A stretch of 64,000 nucleotides of DNA from Octopus vulgaris (lineage: Eukaryota), in assembly GCA_951406725.2 (NCBI GenBank), contig OX597833.1:56482001-56546000 (forward strand). Direction: 5' to 3'. The notes beneath the pieces are model-generated. The model saw only the letters and a list, made by a program, of their open reading frames with translations. It did not search any database and was not told where the DNA came from. The stretch's first letter is position 1; each line of letters opens with the position of its first letter. A program made the translations under genes and the position numbers. Positions 25,176 through 38,936 of this stretch are shown piece after piece.

Positions 25176-26224
25176 GTGTGTGCACTTGCGCATCTTTGTC
25201 ATTGTTTGCCACCACCATTACTACCATTTGACAACTGGTATAGATTAGTTTACATCCCCATAACTTAGCAGTTTGGAAAAAGAGAGTGATAAAAAGATGT
25301 ATGAGACTTAAAAATAAAAATATAAAAAAGCATAAGTACCAGGGTCAATTTGTTTGATTAAAACCTTTCAAAGTGATGCTCCAGCATGGCCGCAGTTCAT
25401 GACAGAAACAAGTAAACAATAAAATATACCACTGTGTGGCATTTGGATTGTCTTCTAGCTACTGCTTTGGGTGGGTTGACCCAAGCTTTCTGAGCAAAAT
25501 TGGGCAAGATGTATTAATTATCTAAAGAACCTGTGTCTCACTTGAGTTTACATGAGGATTACATTAAGAGTACCAGTTTCTGTGAAATATTCAGCCATTT
25601 TTGCTACAATCGAATGAGTAGATTGTACTATATATCGAACAACTAGTATACTCATTGCTTAGCTATATTTATGTATTGTTCCTGTTCATTTTGCACGAAA
25701 ACGTTAAAAGTTCTCAATACACTGTGTACTAGAAGTGTATAGAGTCTGATATATACTCTTCCTAATTAAAAACTTTTTTGTCTAAATTTGGAAACAGAAT
25801 ACTGAATGCAATGTGCTACTACAGTTTATATATCTGATTACACAAGTTTAACAAAAATTGTTAGTACTATATAAAGGATAGGTCCAAAATAAACCTCGAT
25901 TTTCACAAAAAAATAGAAGCTGATCATACAAAACTATACTAGATGTATAAGGCAAAGCAAGTTTCAGAGTTGCATTTCTTTAGGTAGAACAGAAGTGAGG
26001 TATGGTTGGTGTTTATTAACAAGATGAAACCTTTGAGGAGCAGGCATTGCTGTAATCAAACAGTTCAGTAAGGCACCTTGGAAAAGTATCTTCTGCCATA
26101 GACTTGGGTTGGACAATACTTTACAAGTAGAATTGAGTAGATGAAATCTGTGGAAAACCTTGCTGTATATGTAAATATATTTCAGTGATTTATATCAGCA
26201 AAAGAAGTGAAATGGCAGCAACAT

Positions 26225-26500
26225 ATGACAAATGAATGCCTTTAGAGGGACCTGCCAAAAATTAGCGAGAAGATCAGGTAAAGACAGCTGTGACTATCTG
26301 GTCGCCGTGTGTGCCACCCTGAACTGGAAGTATCCAAATTACTTTTGTGGAATCCATTTTATGGTGATGCGTGAAAAAGAAAACGTTGTCACACTTACAT
26401 TGACAACTTGATGGCAGACACTGGCCTGAAATGTATCCAGGACCTCAAGGCAGTGATGGTGGAACAAGAAGTGTGGCGAGTAGACTTTGTTGCTGCACAC
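26225..26500 (+). mobile_element. Decayed RTE-type LINE 3' fragment
   Basis: DLPKISEKIR*RQL*LSGRRVCHPELEVSKLLLWNP...TYIDNLMADTGL...DLKAVMVEQEVWR. Confidence 0.65.
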
Positions 26501-27491
26501 CAGGTTGGAACCTGGCCATTATGATAAAATAATTGGTGAGAAAACCTATAAACTGGTATTTTTTAATGAGAATCTCTTGTAATATCGCTCTGCAAAGTTG
26601 CACAGATAATCCCTTGTCACATCTCCTTGCCATCATAGATACAATGACTCAGTGACTGGCCGCCCACTGGAAACCTGTAACCAATTATGCTTTTTTTTTT
26701 TACAAAGTATGATATAAAATAAATGAAATCAAATAATGGAAGATTTGAGTTAAAAACTGTATCCTCTACATCTATATTAATTTCTAGCTAATAATAAATG
26801 CAAAAAGAACTGGACTGTAGCATTACTATATGAATAAATAAAAGGACTGGCAAGTTTCCGTGCTTTTTTTTTTTCATTGTATATTTATAGATCTAAATGA
26901 ATATAAAAAAAAAAATAATAATGTCTAAGATGGAAATCAAAACTCTCAATAGGAGGAAATTTGTAAAACAACCAAAACTATCAAAAGTAAACATAATAAA
27001 CTAAAAGCTAGATGGAACATATTCAGTACAGAATTTGACTACCAAACTACCAACTTTAGTGGCCACTGGTAGGAAAACTTGATACACAAAAGCAGAACAC
27101 TAATATAAGCTTTGAAAAACTGAAAGACAAATAAATATTGTAAGATAGAAGCTTTGCAACCACAATGCTGGACAATGCTCATACTGACAGCACCATAAAA
27201 AAAAAAAGCAGATTCGTTGAACCCTATCTTTGGTTATGAAGAATAGCGAAATAACTGAAGAGTAAACTTTATGTACCACTAGAATGAAATAAAAACAAAA
27301 ATTGCAACAGAAAGATAAAGCTAAAACATACTGATGGAGACTCAGAGAAATGAAAAGACGCTAACCCACCTGCCCTTCATGATGTGGCCTGCAGAAAAAA
27401 AGGAGAAGAGAGAAATCTAGAAATCTGTTACAAGTTGAAACTGAGAAGTAGTTGAATGTCAGTAAAACTAAGAAATGTAAAACCAACTGTA

Positions 27492-27492
<1 letters not shown>

Positions 27493-27524
<32 letters not shown>

Positions 27525-27743
27525 TGTGCGTGTTTGCATGTGTGTGTGCATGTGTGTGTGTGCGTGTGTGTGCGCATGTGTGTACGTGTGTGTGTTTGCG
27601 TGTGTGTATGCATGTGTGTGTGTGTGCGTGTGTGTGTGGTTGTGTGTGTGTGTGTGTGTGCATGTGTGTGTGAGTCTGTGTGTTCGTGCATGTGTGTGTG
27701 TGTGTGTGAGCATGTGTGTGTGCATGTGTGTGTGTGCATGTGC

Positions 27744-27781
<38 letters not shown>

Positions 27782-27817
27782 CTGTGTGTGCACATGTGTG
27801 CATGTGTGTGTGTGTGT
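27493..27817. repeat. Imperfect (TG)n tract
   Basis: Direct inspection. Confidence 0.95.
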
Positions 27818-28581
27818 TCTGGCAGTGAAAAGAAAAGAAACTCGAGAAATGTTGAAATAACACAGCAAAGTTTAACAAACAATGCTTTTAAAATTGATCT
27901 GAGTTTCGAAACTAAAAGTTTATCAGAGATACTTTACAGAGCTAGAATTATACTGACATTCAACATAATGACCATTTGTTCTTGTCCAACGTTCTTTTGA
28001 AAAACAATTCATACAAGAGAATTTTGAGAAAAAACAGTCTTATATTTCTGAAAGTTTGAATTTAAAACATTCTACATGAAATATCAAACTAAAATGCCTA
28101 AATATAGGAAAATCTCAGAGTTGATTTCAAATACCAATATGAGAGTGTATTTGATTTTTGTGATAATTTTTTTCAAGAAAAAGGGGGAAAAAAATACAAA
28201 AAGCTGTAACAGACTAAAATAAATTTCAATAGCAAACATTGGTAATTGGTTAGCGGAAAGTTCAAAAGAATTATTACAAAATTGAGTGGCGGATGGCTTT
28301 TGAGGCTTCTTTGATTGATATGAGAGCTAGTGTTTAGTTACTAGCGAATGAAAATAAATGAAAATAAAGGATATGAAACATAATTAGGTGAATTGATAAA
28401 TACGACTTTTAAAGACAGAATTAAACTGAGGACCTGAACAACAGAAAGAGATGTTGCTTTAACAAGTGATTTAATTTAAGCTACAGAAAAACTTAAAACA
28501 TGGTATGAGTTTGATTTTATTCTTCATGTCAGTATACTGTCATACTTTATACAAAATTCTAATTTGAGAGAAAACGGCCTT

Positions 28582-28612
<31 letters not shown>

Positions 28613-29321
28613 GTCATGTCCATTCAGCAGAGAACAGAAATGGAGGAGGAGATAAAATGAAAGTGATGTCTATTTGGAGAATTAACATTGGTTTCAAAGA
28701 CTGAATAAAACAAAACAAAAATAATAAAAATAGTTTCATAGAAATCACAAGCACTTAGAAACTAAGACTTTGTTACTATCCGTGACACACAAGTCTTAAA
28801 ATAATAAAATACTTTAAGACTAAATTTCATAACGAAACGGATATTAACACATACTACATTAAAACTACAAAATTTTCAACACCCATCCAAAGCTTGTACA
28901 GTTTTTATATATATGTGGTAGTAAATAATTATCAAACAGAATAGAGAAATGTCATGAAATTCACATTTTTAATAATATCTAGGTTTATGTAGAAAACATG
29001 AAATAATAATCACCCAATTAGATTACCATACATACGTATACAATACACATACAAACATATGTATATACTTACATATGTATGTACTTACGTATGTATGAAT
29101 GCATGTGGGGGTGAACAGAAGAATGAGTACTTAATACCAAGGAAGCAGAGTATAGATCATGTAAATTACAGACACAATGATATGCCAATACTCTGAATTT
29201 CTTCTTATTTCACTGAGTTTACCAGGATTTTGTTCAGTCAGCAAAAGATCTGATCGTGAGCCAAGATATGGTTGTATACCGAAATAGCTGCTGAAAACAT
29301 AAATCTCATGTAGGATTGGAT

Positions 29322-29727
29322 ACTCTTTTACTCTTTTACTTGTTTTAGTCATTTGACTGCAGCCATGCTGGAGCACCGCCTTTAGTCGAGCAAATCGACC
29401 CCAGAACTTATTCTTTGTAAGCCTAGTACTTATTCTATCGGTCTCGTTTGCCAAACCACTAAGTTACGGGGAGGTAAACACACCAGCATCGGTTGTCAAG
29501 CGATGTTGGGGGGGGGGACAAACACAGACACACACACATATATATATATACATATACATATATACGACGGGCTTCTTTCAGTTTCCGTCTACCAAATCCA
29601 CTCACAAGGCTTTGGTCGGCCCAAGGCTATAGTAGAAGACACTTTCCCATAGTGCCACGCAGTGGGACTGAACCCGGAACCATGTGGTTGGTAAGCAAGC
29701 TACTTACCACACAGCCACTCCTGCGCC
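29322..29727 (-). mobile_element. SINE family A
   Basis: Reverse complement of the 8174-8555 copy. Confidence 0.88.
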
Positions 29728-32700
29728 TATGTTAAATTTCAGTTTCATTTCTATTCAATAAATAACAAGGGTAATGAAATGCATTAATTTAGGGAAACAA
29801 ATCTTTTTTTTTTTTTTTTTTTTGGTTATTTCTCCTTAGCTGAACTGCAAGTAACATTAAAGGCAACATTAGAATCAAATGCACAATTGATAATTACAAA
29901 CGAGCACAAACACACAATAACTGCAGAGAAGTGCATTTGCAATAAAAAGCTGCATAATAATACAACTGCAAATGTGACATTATCATAACATCCCACGAGT
30001 TGTACTCAATTTGTTTTTGTGCATTTCGACAATTTGGAATCATGTATAATGTGACAAAACGTATAATGTAACCACAGTGTGGCACCTTGGTATCTTAATG
30101 TATATTGTAGTATTGTGAATGACATTTAGCTCTTGGCATTCAGCCATTGGCAATCATGGATAACGCACCATGGTTCCCTGATGTTTTAATAAATGGTGCA
30201 TATCTGTGTGCACTTGTACTTTATATTCATTGTTCAACAGTCTATGATTTACATGCAATATTTTGCTTGGTCATCATCATCATCATCATTGTCGTCATCA
30301 TCATCATCATCATCTTTATCATCAAAAAGATGTCATCGTAATCATCATCGTTGTTGTCATCATCGTCACAGTTGTCATCACCATTGTTATCTTTGGGTCT
30401 GGCAGAATTTGTTGAGGCAGATTTCCTATGGCCAGATGCCATTCCTGTCAGCAACTTACCTATATAGGTAGACAGGTTTTTCATGGAAGACTGGAAACAA
30501 ACAACTTTGCCTGTATGATGATGATGCTCTACAACCATCATGTGTAATTATAGATGTGTGTGTGTGTGTGTGTGTGTGTGTTTATGTATTTTTTTTTTTG
30601 TAAACACCAACTATAAAACTATGATTTTAATGTTGCATTTAATGATACCTGAAATTTAGCTGAGAGGAAATAAGAAAAATTACTTTTAATAAGCATTTTC
30701 AACTTGGTTTTTGAATAGAAATGAGATTGAAATTAAATATCCTGTCCCACATGAGATTAGAGTTTTCAGCAGGAATTTTGGCATACAGGTGTAGCTTACA
30801 TACAGCCAGATCTTTTGCTATCTAAGTGAATGATGGAAGATCCATTCTGCTAACAAGAAACCAAAAGTATTAACATGGCATCCTGCAAGTAATTTACATA
30901 ATAAATGGTATATACATATAAAAAAAACAACATTATTATATGAATATATATCTACATTTATGCATACATATCTATCTATATTTATATATATATATCTATA
31001 TATATATGTAAATAATATCATGCATCCATTTCCAAGTAAGTTTATACATATATATATGTAAACAGACAAACACACATGAATATACATATTTATTCACTTA
31101 CGTACATGCATACATATATACATACATACATGCATACATATAATACATGCCTAAATGTCTGAGATGAATTGTTGATAAGATTATAATTTTGGGGATTATT
31201 ATCCTATCTTTAGAAATTAAATTGTTTTTCAATATTTGCATCTATGGTATGTTTTGATCAAACGTTTGTGGTATCAGACTGGATTACAACTAGTCACATT
31301 TATTTCTAGACATTAAAAACTGACAACATTTCTATTCACTAGGCCATTGAAAGATCAAATTGATTGTAACGCAGCTTAGAAGCTTAGAAGTGAATATTGG
31401 AAAAGGTTTCGTATCTAAAACTGAATAGTCCGAAAAACGATAATTTTTATACATACACACACGACTCACATTAATATCTCATGAAAAACATTTCAAAGAT
31501 TCTGGGGGAAATGTTAGATTATTATGTTGCAGAAAGGAATAAAAAATTCACAAAATGCTAATGTAAAAGTCGGAAGACCTGATTGAGATGGATACAGCTT
31601 GAAGGGAGCCCTTACTGAGAAAGGAAATGGTATATACATTCTAATCAGAACACTGAACATGCACCTGATAAAGTGATTTAAACATTTGGAAAACCAATAA
31701 TAAACAATCCCAAACTAAAAATGCCTGATAAGATGTGCCAACCTGTTTAACTATTGAAGATTTCCTGAATGTAAAAACAACAAATCTTTAATAGACTATT
31801 GCAAAATAAATGTGAAACAGCGCATTGCGATTCTCTCTGTTTGGATTCCATCTGTGAGATAGGTAGGAAGTATTTATATAACTTGGAAATGTTGGGGGGG
31901 GGGGAGAAAAAACTAAGTAGCTGGAATGGGTATAAGAGGTTAATGTTAATGCCTACCTAGCCTTTGGCTTTAAAGGGATTCAAATACTATTTGATTTATA
32001 TTATCATCATCATCATCACCACCACAATCATCATCACCACCACAATTATCATCCTCATCACTATCTTCATCTCAATCATCAACTTCTTCCCCATCAAAAG
32101 CTATTTTAATGCCTATTTACTATTTTTATGCAGACATGGGTTGGATAGATATTTTATTTTAAAGGATTTTTCACTGCTTTATGTACTTTTGAACACCAAA
32201 TTCCAACAAAAGTGAGTGTATAAGTATAATTAGGATGTTGCCAACATTAGAGATGTTATCTTCCACAAGTAAAACATTCCTTCCTGCCTCTGAGGTAAAA
32301 CTGCAAACCATGATAACCATGTTTTCCTAAAGGTTGTTGGTAATGTGAATGAAATAATGCACCTGGTAACAGATCATGAACTTTGTTGACTAAGAAGCTA
32401 TGGCTGTATCAAAACATCCACTACCACTGTTACCACTATAGTTTGTAGTAATTAAAACCAAGTATATATAGACTTGTGTATGAGTGTGTTCACTTTTCAT
32501 GCAAAAATGGTTACATGAATTGCTTCCGTACTTGGGATGCATGAATTAATTTAACCTTGGATACATAATAGGGTCATCAGTTTATTTTTTTTATCAAAAA
32601 TAAATAATATTGTTTTATATTTATGATTCACTTCTTTAAAAAGGTTTCTCAATGTCAACTTCCGGTATTGACATAGCAACAGCGAAATTTTCCACTTTAA

Positions 32701-33361
32701 TTTGAGAAATTTCCCCACTCTCTATTTTAATGTTTTCATTTCAAGTTTTAATTTGCTATTTGTAAACAACTAGGATAAATTAGTGAAAGAAATATTTACT
32801 AAGTTCACAAATTTAAATATTCAGTACAATAATGGCATTGTGAGAAAGTGAAAGAAATAATAATATGTGAAATTATGGCTTCACTGTGAATGGACAATGT
32901 ACAACGACTAGACAATAGGCTAGCACTCAATAACAACAACTTAAGCAGATATGAGCAAAAACTACAGGAAAAATGTGACGATATTTGTATCAAAATGGAT
33001 GCTGAAAAACAGATGAATTTTATTCATTAAAAAAACAGAAAAACTAAATGGTATAACACTTTGAATGTAATGTTATTTTTAGATTTTTATGAATTATTAA
33101 TAATATATTCTGAAGTAAATTGGGATTGATGTATTAAAAGGTAAATAAAACTAATATTAGCTTTAAAGTTTGGCCAACAAATTTTTGGGGAGGAGGTAAG
33201 TTGATTACATCAACCCCAGTGCTTAACTGGTACTTATTTTATTGACCCTGGAAGGATGATAGGCAAAGTCAACCTCAGTGGTATTTGAATTAAGGACATA
33301 AAGACAGACGAAATGCTGCTAAGCATTTTGTCAGGCACAGTAATGCTTCTGCTAGCTGACT

Positions 33362-33806
33362 CGAAGACCTGTTGAGGCAAGTGAGAATCGAAATCGATCA
33401 ACATCAATGGAAATTGCAGTTGTGATACCAGTGCCGGTGGCACGTAGGAGAACCATCTGAACGTGGCTGTTGCCAGCACTGCCCCGACTGGCCTCATGCC
33501 AGTGGCACGTAAAAAGCACCATCCGTTCGTGGCCATTTGCCAGCCTCGCCTGGCCCCCGTGCCGGTGGCACGTAAAAAGCACCATCTGATCGTGGCCGTT
33601 TGCCAGCCTCGTCTGGCACCTGTGCCGGTGGCACGTAAAAAGCACCCACTACACTCACGGAGTGGTTGGCGTTAGGAAGGGCATCCAGCCGTAGAAACAT
33701 TGCCAGATCAGACTGGGCCTGGTGCAGCCTTCTGGCTTCCCAGACCCCAGTTGAACTGTCCAACCCATGCTAGCATGGAAAGCGGATGCTAAACGATGAT
33801 GATGAT
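33362..33806 (+). mobile_element. Non-LTR-derived element family E (V-domain-like core, internal 63-bp repeats, (GAT)n tail)
   Basis: GGCGTTAGGAAGGGCATCCAGCCGTAGAAAC core, tail CATGGAAAGCGGATGCTAAACGATGATGAT. Repeat starts at 33431, 33496, 33559 and 33622. Confidence 0.75.
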
Positions 33807-34112
33807 ATACAAGTTTTAAAACAATGAAATTACTTATCTTCCAAAAAGGTTTTGGAGATAGATTAAAGATTGACATGGGGTGGTGTTTTTCAACAAAAGC
33901 CATTTGATCCAAAGGTAAAAACACATACAACAATACTACAATTTCATGGCAATTTTCAAGTGAAAATATACATACATGCATACACATATAATTACATATA
34001 TATATCTGAAAGTAAATTATTAAATGCATACAGAAATACCAGAAGCAAACATGCAATAAGCTACGGAGCACCACCAATGAGACAATATTGCAGAATAGTT
34101 CAAAATCAATAC

Positions 34113-34718
34113 CCTCTTCTTTGCTTCAACAACTTTTTTTTTCTTTCGCAATATATTGCCTCGGAAATTGGCCTGAATTTTCAAAGCAGCTGCAGCAACA
34201 TCGGGGTCACCTAGATCAATGTCAACCTCTTCAGTTTCCCCTTGTGTCTGAGGCACTGGTTCAGCATTTTGTACTTTCTCAGTTTCTTTCTTGGAACTCG
34301 CATCCTCTTCTTCTACAACCTTTTCCTTCTTTTCAGCATTATCGTCGGTCTTTTCATTGCTCTCACTTTCTTTAGCTGGCTGTTCAGCTTGGTTTGGCAA
34401 CATTTCATTGGCTTTCATTTCTGTATATTCACCGTCTTCAGCTTGAGCAGCTGGTGGTGGTGGTGGTGGTGGAGTTTCAACTGCTTCTTGCTGTTCTTTG
34501 ATACTCTCTTTTACATCAGTCTTTTCTTCAGTGTCAGCCGCAACTGAATTTTCTTCATCTCCTTCAGTTTTCTTCTTCTTGTAGCCGCGAAAGCCAGATT
34601 GTATTTTGAGAGCAGCTGCTTCAACTTCAGGATCATTTAAGTCAATGTCAATTTCTTGTTCTTTTGAACTTTCCTCATTTGACACTTGAGTGACATTTGG
34701 GGAAACTGGTGAGGTATC
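34113..34718 (-). CDS. 606-nt phase 0-0 exon with IQ motifs 3 and 4, acidic linker and poly-Pro (igloo/GAP-43/neurogranin/Sp17-like)
   Basis: Branch ctaac plus acceptor cttttag|GAT, in frame with ORF 34020..34685. Motifs IDIDLNDPEVEAAALKIQSGFRGY and VDIDLGDPDVAAAALKIQANFRGN. Probable donor AGG|GTATTG (3' end less certain). Confidence 0.9.
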
Positions 34719-36152
34719 CTAAAAGGTTAGTAGAGAATAAATATAATGTAAAAACAAGCAGTCTCATAAGCATATGACAACCAAAAGTCTGTAATCTACA
34801 TTATCAAAAATGTTATTAACTCAACAGCGATTAGTACAAATGCAATGAAATAACAGTTTGTAAATCCAAAACTCAGAATTCAACAAAGGGAAAAATTAAC
34901 ATTTTAAGAAATCAACAATCATCCTATATGTTTATCTTAGAGAGATAAACATACAAATTCTTAACGGATGAATACATAAAATGTGTGGTTTTGAAACATC
35001 ATTGAAGGACCAGTAATCACCAAGTATCTGTTGCTTTGAAAATTGCAAGATATTATAAGATTATTTGAGGATTAAGTCAAAGAACTGTTACTCAAATAAA
35101 CTTCCGAGAAATAATTAGCAAAGAGTGTTTTAAGAATTCCACAAAAAAAAAAAGTAATAATTTCAAGACTTGGGAGAACTTTAGTTCATGCCAGCATGCA
35201 CAATGAAGGAATTGTCAAATTAATTAGCTTGGTTTCTGATACTTTAGTCTATAATGATAACAACACAATCATTATCAAGACTACTTTCCTGCATGCAAAG
35301 GCTGATAATTAAGTTTTATCCACTTAGTCTTAATAGTTGTTAAAACCTAATCTTAACAAACTACTATCAGAAAAAACAAAATGTATAAATAAACGTGATA
35401 TTCTTGAAATAAAATAACACATTTTTAGAATCCTAAAAAGCAGCTGAAAGATCTGTACTTAATGGGGGATTTTGAAGAACTTTTAAATCTGTTTAAAGAA
35501 TTGGTGTTCTTTGTGCAACAGTACAGTTGCTGACTCTGGGAAAATGGTAGATGAGAAAGAAGATGATATTTAGCAACAACTGCTAATTTTCTTTCTTAAC
35601 ATTCTAGAAAATTTATAGTGAAAAGAGGTGTTGGTTTAATTGTTGAAGTCTTAGACTGCTGACTTGATAGACCAAGAGATCAAATTATGATATAAATACA
35701 TCACTCTCCCTGTATCACTTCAAAGAGAAGCACTGTTCATCGTGTTTTATCCTTTCATAGGCTAAAAAAGAGGGATAACTAAATAAGTAGAGTTAATTTT
35801 TGACTTGAATTACTGTAGCTAAAGATGGTAGGAGGGAGACGGGAATCTTGTCGAGGAAAGAGTGTGTTGAAATGGATTGGATAAAATGTTTGGTGCAAAA
35901 TCATTGAGATTGAGTCTGAGAGGACAGGAGACAGGTGCATCAAATTAGGTCTAAGGGGAGATGATATTAGCGATCACAGAACAATAAAAGTCAATGTAGT
36001 GGTGGTAGAAAAGAGTACAAGAAAGGATACAGCTTGAAAGAAGATCTTTCCTTACATCAAGTAAGGGCGACTTAGTTTTCCTTAAGATAAATACTTCCTA
36101 AAATGTGTCAGTACGGAGCTCAATCAACCTAAATATGTGAACAATATTTAGT

Positions 36153-36231
36153 GTATTATTATTATTATTATTATTATTAATATTGTTGTTATTATTATTA
36201 TTACTATTATTATTATTATTATTACTATTAC

Positions 36232-36271
<40 letters not shown>

Positions 36272-36445
36272 ATAACAATCATTATTATTATTATTATTAT
36301 TATTATTTATACTGTTATTATTATTATTATTATTATTATTAATATTGTTATTATTATTGTTGTTGTTGTTATTATCATCATCATCATTATTATTATTATT
36401 ACTATTATTATTATTATTATTACTATTATTGCTGCTGCTGCTGTT
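36153..36445. repeat. (ATT)n compound microsatellite
   Basis: Direct inspection. Confidence 0.95.
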
Positions 36446-36954
36446 TACATTATTGTTGCTCTGTTTTATACAAGCTGCTCCAAGTCTCACCCAGAAACTT
36501 CAAGCAACAGCAAGTTAAATGTTTCACTATGAGTGTTATTCATGATCAGAAACGATATATTGTACGAGAAGGAAACCAGAATCTCAGAACTAAATTCCGT
36601 TATAACCATTACCATTATTACCAGGGTGGTGGATAGGCAGAATTGTAAGAGCATCAGGCAAAACACCTTACAGCATTTCTTCCAGCTCTGAGTTTAAATA
36701 ATAGAGAGGTCATCTTTTTGGCATTTCATCCTTCTAGGAGTTGATAAAAATAAAGTAGGCACTGACTATCCTCCTCTCCTCAAAACGACTGGTCTTTTAC
36801 TAGAAATCATTATTTTAGGCAGCAAGCTGGCAGAATCATTAGCATGTTAAACAAAATGATTAGCAGCATTTTCTCCATCCTTACATTCTAAGTACAAATG
36901 CTGTCAAGATTGACTATGATTTTCATCCTTTTTTGGGGTTAATAAAACAAGAGT

Positions 36955-37265
36955 GGAGGCGCAATGGCCTAGTGGTTAGGGCAGCGGACTCGCGGTCGTA
37001 GGATCGCGGTTTCAATTCCCAGACCGGGCGTTGTGAGTGTTTATTGAGCGAAAACACCTAAAGCTCCACGAGGCTCAGGCAGGGGGTGGTGGCAATCCCT
37101 GCTGTACTCTTTCGCCACAACTTTCTCTCACTCTTTCTTCTGTTGGCCTGCTCGCTTAGCCAGTGGGGTGGCATCATTTAAAGCCTAAAACAATGTGAAA
37201 CGCATTGTGACCAGCGATGTGTAGCAACATCTGATAGCCTGGTCGGTCACGGTGATCACGGTGAT
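36955..37265 (+). mobile_element. tRNA-derived SINE family B
   Basis: Head GGAGGCGCAATGGCCTAGTGGTTAGGGCAGCGGACTCGCGG...GGTTTCAATTCCC, tail (CACGGTGAT)2. Second copy at 38631. Confidence 0.85.
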
Positions 37266-38247
37266 AAAATAAGTACCAGTCAAGTAATCCTCCATAATAG
37301 TAGAAAAGATTATCATTATTGTTAAGGTGGTGAGCTGGCTGAATCATTAGCATGCCAGACAAAAATGCTTAATGACATTTCATGCCTTTATGTTCTGAGT
37401 TCAAATTCTACTAGGGTCAACTTTATCTTTCATACTTTCAGGGTCGATGAAATAAGTACCAGTTGAGTACTGGGGATGATGTCATCAAATAATAGTTTCT
37501 CAAATTAACAAAATGCTATAAAGGATTATAATCAACTGAATTGGCACTTGTATGTATGAGATACTTATTTTAATAACCCAAGGTAGATAAAATGTAAATT
37601 GATCCCAGCAAAACTTCACGTAGTATTTTGAGGTACAAAACTGAATTCTGTAAGGTGTTTAATCCAGTGCTCTATCATTTTTTACAATTCCACCACTCTC
37701 ACATGGTAACTAGAGATTATATTGATTTCTGCCTAAAATTCGTTTAAATGAAGATGTACTGTACGTAATCAAATATACCACAATGTTACAATTTTATTTA
37801 TTTCACTGAAACTAGAGAGAAACTAAAAATCTGAAGTTGGTTCCATTGGGAATTGAACTGAGAAACTCGAACCTCTCATCTGCCTGTACAATGATCAAGC
37901 TACTTCTGTCATCTGGTAACTAGAATATATCAGTACTTACAGTTTTCAGTTTTGTTACTTCCATACTTTTTCTCTTAACAGTATATTTCTATAGCTTAGA
38001 TTGTTCACAGCTTTTTAGCAATATATACTGCCAAGAATATGAATAGGTTCCAATCCATCAAAGGATGATATTATTATCACCACGAAGATAAGTGAGAGCA
38101 AACTTGTGAGAATGACACGAATATTTTAATTTAAAAGGATAAATCTCTTGGCTTAGGACATCTTTCCTTTAAATAGATTCAATTAAAATAAGAATTTAAA
38201 AAGACAAAATTTTTAATTGGCAATTTATCAGGCTGGTCTGATCCTAC

Positions 38248-38409
38248 CTTTTTCAATTCTTTCACATGTTGCCTAGCTATATGACCACGAAAGCCGGCTT
38301 GAATTTTGGTAGCTGCAGCAATGGCCTCTTGGTCAGTTAGATCAGTGTCAATATTTGTACCGTTATCAATAAGTTGTAAGACATGCCTGTTTTCAGGTGT
38401 TTCATTAAG
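38248..38409 (-). CDS. 162-nt phase 0-0 exon carrying IQ motif 2
   Basis: Acceptor gcctatag|CTT, donor AAG|GTAGGA. Translates as LNETPENRHVLQLIDNGTNIDTDLTDQEAIAAATKIQAGFRGHIARQHVKELKK. Not listed in the ORF track. Confidence 0.9.
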
Positions 38410-38630
38410 CTATAGGCAACATAAATAAGCATGCAATTAGTCATAGTAATGTGTTTACGAAGCTAATACCAGACGGTGGCACCAAATTGTCAGAACATTT
38501 TGGAAGAAAATTAAAGATTATCATATACATACACATACACACATATACATGTCTATACAGACATATACACACACACACAGACATATGTACATACATATAT
38601 GCACACACACACATATATATATATATATGT

Positions 38631-38936
38631 AGAGGCACAATGGCCCATTGGTTAGGGCAGCGGACTCGCGGTCGTAGGATCGTAGTTTCGATTCCCAGAC
38701 CGGGCGTTTTGAGTGTTTATTGAGCGAAAACACCTAAAAGCTCCACGAGGCTCTAGCAGGGGGTGGTGATCCCTGCTGTACTCTTTCACCACTCCTTCTC
38801 TCACTCTTTCTTCTCTTGGCCTGCTCGCTTAGCCAGCGGGGTGGCGTCATTCGAAGGCTAAAACAATGCAAACGCGTTGTGACCAGCGATGTGTAGCAAC
38901 ATCTGATGGTCTGGTCGGTCACGTGATCACGTGATA
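38631..38936 (+). mobile_element. SINE family B
   Basis: Near-identical to 36955-37265. Confidence 0.85.

Noticed and set aside
28280-28435. Two acceptor-like sites on the minus strand
   Set aside because: No convincing donor or frame-compatible exon.
31578-31615. Minus-strand 'KGSLQAVSISIR' after a pyrimidine tract, resembling the repeat
   Set aside because: The acceptor leads directly into TAA in phase 0 and the donor (GTCTTC) is poor.
36955-37030. tRNA-like sequences (also 9185-9255, 38631-38705 and the SINE-A heads)
   Set aside because: They have A/B boxes but no complete cloverleaf, and they run into SINE bodies present in multiple copies.
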